Source: Acidobacteriota bacterium (GTDB taxonomy: Bacteria > Acidobacteriota > UBA890 > WLXD01). From it: DNA of 64,000 nt. The notes below the pieces were generated by a model. That model ran no database searches and was not told the DNA's origin. It saw only the letters and a program-made list of their open reading frames with translations. Below, piece after piece: positions 20,203 through 27,917 of this stretch (positions are counted from its first letter, which is position 1; every line of letters starts with the position of its first letter). The DNA is taken from contig CBDFKD010000002.1 in assembly GCA_965248695.1 (NCBI GenBank), forward strand, positions 5,024,001-5,088,000, given 5' to 3'. The position numbers were made by a program, and so were the translations under genes.

Positions 20203-22203
20203 TTACCGTATCTCGCTCGTACTGGAGGCTCTTCGCCGGGCGCGGCTTCGAACAAGCAGCTGCTCCCGCACCGCTCGATGTGCCTCGTCGATAGCCGAGT
20301 CGGTGTGTGTCGAGGCAGCGGCATCGGAGTTGGCGATGGAAATCCGACCGAATCGCCGGCTCCCGACTACGCACGGCCGATCGTCGGGTGTGAACAGCGC
20401 CCACTCGATGGGATCGTCCAGGGTGTTGTAGCTGTATGCATAGCCGTGCGGCCAGCGATTCACCGTGATCGCTTCGATGTCGCGAGCCGGGTCGAAGCCC
20501 CCACCCTCCAGCATTCGACCGAGCTGGTCGCGGATGTTGCGCTCGAATGTCTCGAAGCTCGTGGCCAACAGATTCTCTCGCCCGATGCGGTGCTGCTGCT
20601 TCTTCGGGTGTCCAGGAGCGCAGGGCGTTCTGGACATGTGCAGAATCATCGGGTCCTCGGGTGACCTGGAGGGTTGGTACTCACCGAACTGCACGGAGCG
20701 GCCAAGGCTGACCCCGCTGTGGTACATCCCCGGCGCGGTCACCCGTGAGACTCCGAGGTTCTTGAAGGCCTTCCAATCTCGGGTAAGGACGTTGGTGGAG
20801 ACGAGCGGCATCTTGACACCATACTTGAGCGCCACCTTCTGCTCGTCGGACATCTCTGGGCACAGGTGTGGGATGACCCCGTTCCAGCAGCCCATCACAC
20901 AGTGACGCGCCCGTACCTTCTCGGCCTTGCCAGCGCGTAGATAGGTAATCTCGACTTCGCGGGCCACATCGGGATCGCCCAGGTGCCGGACGGAGACGCC
21001 CATGCTGTTGAGGCGAATCCTGGCGTCGGAACCCTCGCGGTCTAGGCGGTCGTACCTGAGTCGCGACGTCATCGAGTCGTCCAGCGAGGTGCCGGGAAGC
21101 GCGTCGGGAATCATGGCGCGAACCAGCAACCGTGCCAGCGTCGCGTTGCCGTCTGGAAAGTGGATGTCCGGTCGATCGTCCCACTCGTTCTCGCGACCGT
21201 GTTGCCCGCCGCCGATGTGGGCAAGGGGGCCCACCAGGGGAAGGGTCTCGAGGTTCATCCCCTGGAAGCCGGGATAGCCCTGGGCCCATGCGTAGAGTGC
21301 CGGATGGGCGTCGATGCCAACGCAGAAGCTACCCTTCGGGCGGTCATCGAAGAACGGGATCACATCCGAGTGAACCTTGGCCAGATCGAGCAGAAAGTCC
21401 CGGTAGCTGATGCGTGCCAGGCGCTCCTTCTTGTCCGCATCCGACAGTCCGGGCATGGTGTCCGGGTTCGCATCGTCGTCGTAGAGCCGCGCGATGTCCC
21501 TCTGCGCCTCCGGAGACATCGGGGTCTTTGCGAGCCACTCGGCCCATGCACCCGATTGCCCGCCGCGTCCCATCACCAGCCGATCCTCGCCGAACACCTC
21601 CTTGCTGAAGAACGTGGCGTTGCCCAGGCCCAGCGATCCGTAGAACCTCCTACCCGCGGCGCTGGTGGCATAGGCGCTGTCGATGTCGATGCCGACCGCA
21701 GCGAGAAGCGTCCTGCAGACGGCGCTGTAGTGGCCCACAGACTCGAGGTACGACGTACCGCCGGGCAGCATCAGCGTACGGCCTCGATAGGTCATCTCGT
21801 TGCGCTTGGCATGGCCGCCAAAGTCGTCGTGATTGTCGAGGACAAGGACACGCGCACCGCGGCCAGCCGAGGTCAGGAAGAAATAGGCTGCCGAAAGCCC
21901 GCTCAGCCCCCCACCGACCACCACGCAATCGTAGCGCTCACCGGTATCGGCGGCATCGGTCCAAGAGTTGCCGTCGCGAAGCGCATGGCCGGCCTCGAAG
22001 GAACCGGGGTGGCTGCCGCGCATTCCGGTCAGGGCCGGGGGGTAGTAGTCCTGCGCGAGTGGCGCATAGGGCTTGCCCTCGCGTGCCGACGACCAGCCCG
22101 GTGCGATGAGCGCCCCCCCGATCGCAACCCCCACGCCGTTAACGAAGTCGCGCCGGGTGATATCACGGTGCATCCCTAGATCACGATCCTCACTTGTGGG
22201 CAT
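20203..22203 (-). CDS. Tat-exported spermidine dehydrogenase-like FAD oxidoreductase (second paralog)
   Basis: ITRRDF, YPPALTGMRGSH, LDNHDDFGGHAKRNE, ITVNRWPHGYA. Confidence 0.87.
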   Translation of the reverse strand: MPTSEDRDLGMHRDITRRDFVNGVGVAIGGALIAPGWSSAREGKPYAPLAQDYYPPALTGMRGSHPGSFEAGHALRDGNSWTDAADTGERYDCVVVGGGLSGLSAAYFFLTSAGRGARVLVLDNHDDFGGHAKRNEMTYRGRTLMLPGGTSYLESVGHYSAVCRTLLAAVGIDIDSAYATSAAGRRFYGSLGLGNATFFSKEVFGEDRLVMGRGGQSGAWAEWLAKTPMSPEAQRDIARLYDDDANPDTMPGLSDADKKERLARISYRDFLLDLAKVHSDVIPFFDDRPKGSFCVGIDAHPALYAWAQGYPGFQGMNLETLPLVGPLAHIGGGQHGRENEWDDRPDIHFPDGNATLARLLVRAMIPDALPGTSLDDSMTSRLRYDRLDREGSDARIRLNSMGVSVRHLGDPDVAREVEITYLRAGKAEKVRARHCVMGCWNGVIPHLCPEMSDEQKVALKYGVKMPLVSTNVLTRDWKAFKNLGVSRVTAPGMYHSGVSLGRSVQFGEYQPSRSPEDPMILHMSRTPCAPGHPKKQQHRIGRENLLATSFETFERNIRDQLGRMLEGGGFDPARDIEAITVNRWPHGYAYSYNTLDDPIEWALFTPDDRPCVVGSRRFGRISIANSDAAASTHTDSAIDEAHRAVREQLLVRSRARRRASSTSEIR

Positions 22204-22314
22204 AGCCTAGCCGCTCCAGGTTCTCAAACGCGGGAAGCGTGCGAAACGTCGACTCGTTACCAGGCTCGACCGAAGTGCAAATCGCATCCAGACTCTGACG
22301 TCGGCGAGCAAGGG

Positions 22315-22420
22315 AAGCGTATCGTCAGAGCTTGCGAGATCCAACGGAGGGAGTAGGAAGAGGCTGCGGGCAACGGCGAAACGGAGGTGGTAGCCCCAAC
22401 GGCCAGGATGTTGAACCACA
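22315..22420. repeat. Promoter arm plus tRNA-Glu 3'-end duplicate (att-like junction)
   Basis: 22315-22346 is 29/32 identical to 19769-19800; caacggcgaaa is shared with 27666; gtagccccaacgg at 22390-22402 is identical to 27685-27697. Confidence 0.85.
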
Positions 22421-22439
22421 TATCCAGTACGTAGCGCGC

Positions 22440-22505
22440 CCCACCCGCTTGTCGAGGATCTCGGTCAGGATGTCGCGATAATCGATCGTGATCTCTAGAT
22501 CCCTG
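22440..22505 (-). pseudogene. C-terminal fragment resembling DUF1501-family proteins
   Basis: Translates RDLEITIDYRDILTEILDKRVG; no upstream gene body. Confidence 0.45.
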
Positions 22506-22608
22506 CACCGTCCGCATGAAAGGCTGTACCGGCCAGCGAGGCGCGTCATCTCGACCCGTCGCGGCCGTCAAGCGGAGCGGCCTGCCTGTCCATTGTAGGC
22601 TGTGTCTG

Positions 22609-23037
22609 ATGCAGATCCACCGGGAGACGCTGGAGCGCGAGACCGCGCCCGATACCGACATTCATGACCTCACCGACGAGGTGCGGGCCGTCATCGAGCG
22701 CTCGCGTGTGAAGCAAGGCCAAGTGCTCGTCTTCACGCCAGGCTCGACCGCCGGCGTCACCGTCATCGAGTACGAGAGCGGCGCCGTGGCCGATCTAAGG
22801 CGGGCGATCGACCGGCTGGCGCCCACCGGCGAGCCCTACGATCACGACGCCCGCTGGGGCGACGGCAACGGTTACTCGCACGTGCGCGCCGCGCTGCTCG
22901 GCCCCTCGATCACCGCGCCGATCGTCGACGGTAGGGCGGTTCTAGGCACCTGGCAGCAGATAATTCTGTGCGATTTTGACAACCGGCCGCGAACCCGGAA
23001 AATCGTCGTGCAGGTGATGGGCGTCGTGGTTCCGTAG
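22609..23037 (+). CDS. yjbQ: YjbQ/UPF0047 family protein (secondary thiamine-phosphate synthase)
   Basis: PGSTAG, YDHD...NGYSHVRAALLGPS, LGTWQQI, DFDNRPR. Confidence 0.92.
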   Translation: MQIHRETLERETAPDTDIHDLTDEVRAVIERSRVKQGQVLVFTPGSTAGVTVIEYESGAVADLRRAIDRLAPTGEPYDHDARWGDGNGYSHVRAALLGPSITAPIVDGRAVLGTWQQIILCDFDNRPRTRKIVVQVMGVVVP

Positions 23038-23245
23038 CCTTGCCGGCCGCTTAGTCAACCCCCTCTCTCACCACCCGCCCGCAAAGCTAAAGCTAACGAA
23101 CGAGCTGGGCGGGCGGAGGTAGTCGATTCAGCAGGGTAGGTGTAATTGCGCGGCAGTCCGTTGTTCGGGATGACGCCGGATGGCATCACCTAAGCCGCTG
23201 TGTTCCATGCCTTGTCATTGGTTGCCCGGGTAATCTCCAGGAATT

Positions 23246-23641
23246 TCAGCTTTCGGCATCGTCCGGGAGAGCGTATCCACCCGATTCGTCGTTAACTTCG
23301 TCGCCAACCAGCGGCGGGTTGAAAATAGCAATGGCGCGCACTTCGGTATCCAGGTTGTAGCGGTGACGCTCATGTTTGTCGAAAGCATAGAAGACTCCCG
23401 GCTCCAGTCTATAAACGTCCCCGGTCTCGATGATCTCGACAGTGCCGGTTCCCTCGAGAACGTAAACGGCCTCGATGTGGTTCTTGTGCTCGACCTCGAG
23501 GTCGATGCCTGCCGAGCCGACGGCCTCGGTTACGGTGAAGCCCAAGTTGTCGGACGCGACCGCCAGGCGGGCGCTCACGAAACCATCCGCTTCGACGAAA
23601 TTCGGCGTCCCCTTCAATTGTGCAAATGTACGAAGAATCAT
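23246..23641 (-). CDS. ectC: Ectoine synthase-like cupin (solitary EctC)
   Basis: MILRT...SARL...DNLGFTV, HKNHIEAVY, PGVFYAFDKHERH, FNPPLVGDEVNDESGGY. Confidence 0.8.
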   Translation of the reverse strand: MILRTFAQLKGTPNFVEADGFVSARLAVASDNLGFTVTEAVGSAGIDLEVEHKNHIEAVYVLEGTGTVEIIETGDVYRLEPGVFYAFDKHERHRYNLDTEVRAIAIFNPPLVGDEVNDESGGYALPDDAES

Positions 23642-23726
23642 CCTGAGGTTCCCTTTGCTGGTTTGATATTCGTAGCTGGCACTATCGCTGGCGAAGTCTT
23701 CCGGCAGCACGTTGATCGAGACATCA

Positions 23727-23842
23727 CGATCGAGAGTGGAACTCCGGGGGCTGCATCGGCTGCTTGCATGATTCGGTGAGGCCGGCTGAGCGCGCTACTT
23801 GTCTGTCGGCGCGAGCCGGTTCAGCTCGTCGAAGAAGTTAGT
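23727..23842. repeat. Recombinase-like tail plus kinase C-terminal remnant (partial junction)
   Basis: 23739-23776 is 33/38 identical to 19882-19919 (ELRGLHRLLA*); minus strand 23795-23842 reads TNFFDELNRLAPTDK*. Confidence 0.8.
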
Positions 23843-24965
23843 TCGTGAGAACCAATCCTCGGCCGACGAGCTTTATGGGATCGGCTCCGGGCTTCGGAAC
23901 GAACTTGCTCAACCATCCGCCGTCCCAGCTGGCGACATAGACGTTGCCGTCCTGGTCCACGTCCATCTGGTGTGGACGCCCGAGGCCACCAGGAAAGCCG
24001 CCCCGCGTCCCGCCGAACGCACCCCAGTGGTACTGGAGGACCCCGTCCAGGTTGTACCTGAGGATCCGGTTCACTGCCGCAGAAATCACCCAGACCGCGT
24101 CATTCTCGTCGATGAAGATTCCGACGGGATCGGTGACGTCGGGCCACTCCTCGATGAACTCGCCGTCTTCCGTAAAGACTTGGATGCGGTTATTGGTCCG
24201 GTCGCCGACGTAGATGCGGTGATCGCGGTCCACGGCAACGCCGTGGATGAGGTCGAACTGTCCGGGGCCGCTCCCGACCGAGCCGAACTCCGACACGAGC
24301 TCGCCGGCCGCGTTGTACCTGGCGATACGACCGTTCTGGTAACCGTCCCCGAGCAGAAAGTCGCCGTCCGGGAGGAAGGTCATCACCGAGGCCTGGCCGA
24401 AGTCGAGCGGTCCCGGGTTCTTGTTCGCCCGTGCCTTCTCCCCGCTCTGGCGCGGGTTGGGGTCGAGGAGCCGCATCACGATCTGTTTGCCGTCGTTGGT
24501 GAACTTGATGACCTGCTCGTGGATGTCCCTGGTTCCTCCGCCGCGCTCGACGAGCCAGATGTGGCGCTCCGGGTCGTAGGGGCTGATGTAGACCTGGTGG
24601 GGAGTGTTGAGCATGGTGTCCCACTGGGTCCAACGCTCGACGATGTCCCCGTTCCCATCGACGACCACCATGTAGTTGGAGCTGTTCGGCCGCTCTTCGC
24701 CTTCGGCGTTCCGGTCGCCCCACACTGCAACGATAATCCGGTTCGGATTGTCAGCCGCCACACCAGAGACCTGACCCCAGGTCCACTCCTCGTCGTGGTC
24801 TGGCGCCGGCTTCCACCAGCCTGCCACCGGATCGTATCCTCCGGTACGGTCGTCCCCGCCCTTGATGACCGCCTCCGGTGCGGCCTGGTCCTCACCAGCG
24901 CAGGCTGGGAGTAGCGCCAGCCCAACGGCGAGGAAGAGGGCCACGTCCATGCGCTTTAGTTTCAT
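23838..24965 (-). CDS. NHL-repeat lipoprotein (amidating lyase-like beta-propeller)
   Basis: LPAC lipobox, PHQV, GDGYQNGRI, FDLIHGVAVD, YVGDRTNNRIQVF. Confidence 0.85.
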   Translation of the reverse strand: MKLKRMDVALFLAVGLALLPACAGEDQAAPEAVIKGGDDRTGGYDPVAGWWKPAPDHDEEWTWGQVSGVAADNPNRIIVAVWGDRNAEGEERPNSSNYMVVVDGNGDIVERWTQWDTMLNTPHQVYISPYDPERHIWLVERGGGTRDIHEQVIKFTNDGKQIVMRLLDPNPRQSGEKARANKNPGPLDFGQASVMTFLPDGDFLLGDGYQNGRIARYNAAGELVSEFGSVGSGPGQFDLIHGVAVDRDHRIYVGDRTNNRIQVFTEDGEFIEEWPDVTDPVGIFIDENDAVWVISAAVNRILRYNLDGVLQYHWGAFGGTRGGFPGGLGRPHQMDVDQDGNVYVASWDGGWLSKFVPKPGADPIKLVGRGLVLTN

Positions 24966-25003
24966 CGTCAAATCCACTCCCGAAAAGGCTTTCATAGACG
25001 CCG

Positions 25004-25990
25004 TGGAGTTGACCCGCTTCCGTGGACACCTTATGGCTAACGCCAAAGGAGTCTGCGATGCGAAGAACACGACCGCCTTATCCGCCGGAGTTTCGCCGGC
25101 AGATCGTCGAGCTAGCGCGGGCAGGACGCAGCGTGCAGGAGCTCGCCGAGGAGTTCGAGCCCTCGTACTGGACGATCCGTACATGGATCAAGCAGGCGGA
25201 TCGAGATGACGGGCTTAGCGCGGCTGGCCTGAGTAGCCAGGACAAGGAAGAACTACGGCGGCTACGCCGGGAAAACCGCCAGTTGAAGACGGAGCGGGAG
25301 ATCCTGGCAAAAGCCGCGGCCTGGTTCGCTCGGGAGACCGGCGCAGTACCCAAGAAGTCTTCGGGTTCGTGAGAGCTCACCAGGCCTGCTATCCGATCGC
25401 CACGATGTGCCGAGTGCTGGAGGTCTCCACCAGCGGCTACTACGCGTGGCGACAACGCCCTAGCAGTATGCGAGCACGACAGGATGCACAGCTGCGTGAG
25501 CAGATCGAGACGATCCATCGACTTAGCCGTGCGACCTATGGCGTGCCTCGGGTACACGCGGAACTGGCCGCCGACGGCGTTCGGGTGGGGCGCAAACGCG
25601 TGGCACGGCTGATGAGCCAGGCGGGGCTGGAGGGTGTCAGCCGCCGCCGTCGGCTGCGCACGACGCGCCGCGGTACTGACGCGCAGCCGGTGCCCGATCT
25701 GGTGAAACGTGACTTCGCGGTCGGTGCACCCGATCGCCTGTGGGTTGCCGACATCACGTACGTCTCTACGTGGTCGGGGTTCTTGTACCTGGCGGTGGTG
25801 ATGGATGCCTTCAGCCGGCGGGTGGTGGGCTGGTCGATGGCCAACCACCTGCGTACCGAACTGGTGCTTGAGGCGCTCAACATGGCGATCTGGCAACGCC
25901 GACCTGAGAGCGTGATCCACCACTCTGATCAGGGCACGCAATACACCTCGATCGCCTTCGGCCACCGCTGCAAGCAGCTCGGTGTACGTC
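25004..25990 (+). mobile_element. IS3-family element, truncated on the right by a second IS
   Basis: TG-starting left IR (tggagttgacccgcttccgtggacacc), orfA and orfB; orfB stops after HSDQGTQY...GVR. Confidence 0.88.
25058..25372 (+). CDS. IS3 transposase OrfA
   Basis: YPPEFRRQIVEL HTH; ELRRLRRENRQLKTEREILAKAAAWF zipper. Confidence 0.9.
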   Translation: MRRTRPPYPPEFRRQIVELARAGRSVQELAEEFEPSYWTIRTWIKQADRDDGLSAAGLSSQDKEELRRLRRENRQLKTEREILAKAAAWFARETGAVPKKSSGS

Positions 25991-25998
25991 TGACCTGA
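25369..25998 (+). pseudogene. IS3 transposase OrfB, truncated before the catalytic Glu
   Basis: YGVPRV, LWVADITY and HSDQG present; the DNAxxE segment is missing. Confidence 0.85.
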
Positions 25999-27250
25999 CC
26001 CCCGAAAACGGATCCGGATGTAATCTCACGATCTGGGTCAAGAACGGGAGGTCAGAATGCCGAGTAAGAGGCACAGCGCCGAGCAGATCGTACGCAAGCT
26101 CCGGGAGGCTGAGGTGGAGCTGGCTCGAGGGGCGACGGTCAAGGATGCCTGCCGCAAGCTAGCAATCACCGAGCACACCTACTACCGGTGGCGGCGAGAG
26201 TACGGCGGACTGAAGCTCAACCAGGCCAGAAAGCTCAAGCAACTGGAGAAGGAGAATGCCCGGCTCAAGAGGCTGGTGGCGGAAAAGGAACTCGACCTGT
26301 CGATCCTGAAGGAAGTGGCGGAGGGAAACTTCTGAGCCCAGCTCGGCGGCGAGAGGCGGTGGCACATGTACGGGGGCGGCTGGGCGTCTCGGAGAGGCGG
26401 GCGTGTCGGGTACTGAAACAACCACGCACGACACACCGGTACGTGCCAAGAGAGCCGCAACAGGAGCAGATTTTGACGGAGCGGATCGTGGATTTAGCCC
26501 GACAGTACGGGCGCTACGGATATCGGAGGGTGACAGCGTTGCTGCGCATGGAGGGCTGGTCCGTGAACCACAAACGAGTGCAGCGTATCTGGCGGCGCGA
26601 AGGGCTGAAAGTACCGAGAAAACAGCCCAAACGAGCACGGCTGTGGCTGAGCGATGGCTCCTGCATCCGGCTGCGCCCACAGCACCGGGATCATGTCTGG
26701 GCGTATGACTTCCTGCACCACCGGACGCACGACGGTCGGGCTATGAGGCTGCTGACGATCGTCGATGAGTACACACGAGAAAGCCTGGCGATCCATGTAG
26801 CACGGAAGCTCAACTCTGAGGACGTGCTGGAGCAGCTCGGGAGGTTGTTCGTACACCGGGGCATACCTGAGCACATCCGGTCGGATAACGGACCAGAGTT
26901 CACCGCCGAGGCGGTTCGCGACTGGCTGGGCCGGTTGGGCGTGGGGACGCTGTTCATCGAGCCGGGCTCGCCGTGGGAGAACGGTTACGTGGAGAGCTTC
27001 AACGGCAAGCTACGCGACGAGCTGCTGGATGGAGAGATCTTCTACACGCTCAAGGAGGCAAAGGTTCTGATCGAGAGATGGCGTCAGCACTACAACCGCA
27101 TGCGACCGCACAGCTCGCTGAGCTATCGGCCGCCCGCACCCGAAGCGACGTTGTTGAAGCCGGCTGCGCTCCGCTTCGCCGGCCTCAACAACCTCTTGTC
27201 AGCACCGAGTTACTGAGATAAGACATGGTACTAACCGCGGGGTCAGGTCA
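25991..27250 (+). mobile_element. Complete IS3-family element (IS407-like group), 1260 bp
   Basis: Terminal IRs TGACCTGACCCC / GGGGTCAGGTCA; GGGAAAC frameshift window near 26323; no target duplication (cgtc | aggg). Confidence 0.92.
26057..27216 (+). CDS. IS3 transposase OrfAB (-1 programmed frameshift)
   Basis: OrfA 26057-26335; OrfB with YGYRR, WAYDF, IRSDNGPEF, PGSPWENGYVESFNGKLRDE. Confidence 0.92.
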
Positions 27251-27519
27251 AGGGCGGGACGGGAGACGCGGACACGCGCACACTTCGGGAGCGACAGGGC
27301 TAGCCGGGACATTCGTTCTCTCTTGGCTTTGTGCCAGGGCTAGCCCACATCCTTGGCGGACGACCGAGGTCACCTGGTTAGCAGCTCTAGGGGCGCTTGA
27401 CCAAGAAAGCTTCGGTGCGGCGGATAGCCGCAAAGTAGCCGATCCTCAGAACACCCGTCGGAGGGCGCATAGTGTAGTTGATTGCCGGGCGGGGGATGAG
27501 CGAGCGAAGGGCGGTTTCG

Positions 27520-27581
27520 GCATACCCAGTGGGGTCGAGGATCTTGTCGCAGCTGTGTCGAGTTCCGGGTTCGATGGCACT
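27520..27581 (-). pseudogene. Decayed Ser/Thr kinase gene N-terminus (AIEPGTRHSCDKILDPTG)
   Basis: Matches the register of xxEPGTRLGxYxILxPLG; lies just downstream of the arm copy next to tRNA-Glu. Confidence 0.5.
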
Positions 27582-27607
27582 GCCGGGCGGAGGTGGAAAT
27601 GCGCCCG

Positions 27608-27685
27608 AGATCCATCGCCAGCGGAGGCGAGATCCAGCCGGTGGGGCAGGGGATGCACCGGAGGACAACGGCGAAATAGAGGGAG
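27608..27685. repeat. tRNA-proximal copy of the arm (promoter -10 box degenerate)
   Basis: atcgccagcggaggcgagatcca aligns to atcgtcagcgccggcgagatcca; caacggcgaaa shared with 22371. Confidence 0.75.
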
Positions 27686-27759
27686 TAGCCCCAACGGGAT
27701 TTGAACCCGTGCCGCCGGCTTGAAAGGCCGGTGTCCTAACCTGGCTAGACGATGGGGCC
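27686..27759 (-). tRNA. tRNA-Glu (TTC); CCA not encoded
   Basis: GGCCCCA/TGGGGCT acceptor stem, CCGGC-CTTTCAA-GCCGG anticodon arm, ACGGG-TTCAAAT-CCCGT T arm. Confidence 0.95.
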
Positions 27760-27805
27760 ACCCTGGAAAACCGCTGTGGCGAGGCCGGGTCACTAGGTAG
27801 AAGTG

Positions 27806-27878
27806 TGGGCCGTCAGGGGATCGAACCCTGGACACCCGGCTTAAAAGGCCGGTGCTCTGCCAACTGAGCTAACGGCCC
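27806..27878 (-). tRNA. tRNA-Lys (TTT)
   Basis: GGGCCGT/ACGGCCC acceptor stem, AGCTCAGTTGGCAGAGC D arm, CCGGC-CTTTTAA-GCCGG anticodon arm, GGTTCGATCC. Confidence 0.95.
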
Positions 27879-27884
27879 GGACGG

Positions 27885-27912
27885 AGTATAAACCGGGTCG
27901 TAGGGTGGCATG
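27885..27912 (-). promoter_or_regulatory. Putative sigma70 promoter of the tRNA pair
   Basis: TATACT -10 box 6 nt upstream of tRNA-Lys; weak -35. Confidence 0.5.
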
Positions 27913-27917
27913 CTCGT

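Noticed and set aside
17973-22420. Classical integron attC sites (GTTGGAT fits GTTRRRY; GTTCAAC fits RYYYAAC)
   Set aside because: No extended inverted-repeat stem between the boxes and no intI; tRNA 3'-end identity explains the repeats better.
27225-27835. ORFs 27225-27704, 27387-27761, 27446-27835 and 27478-27723
   Set aside because: They overlap tRNAs, an IS end or decayed remnants; no family motifs as whole proteins.
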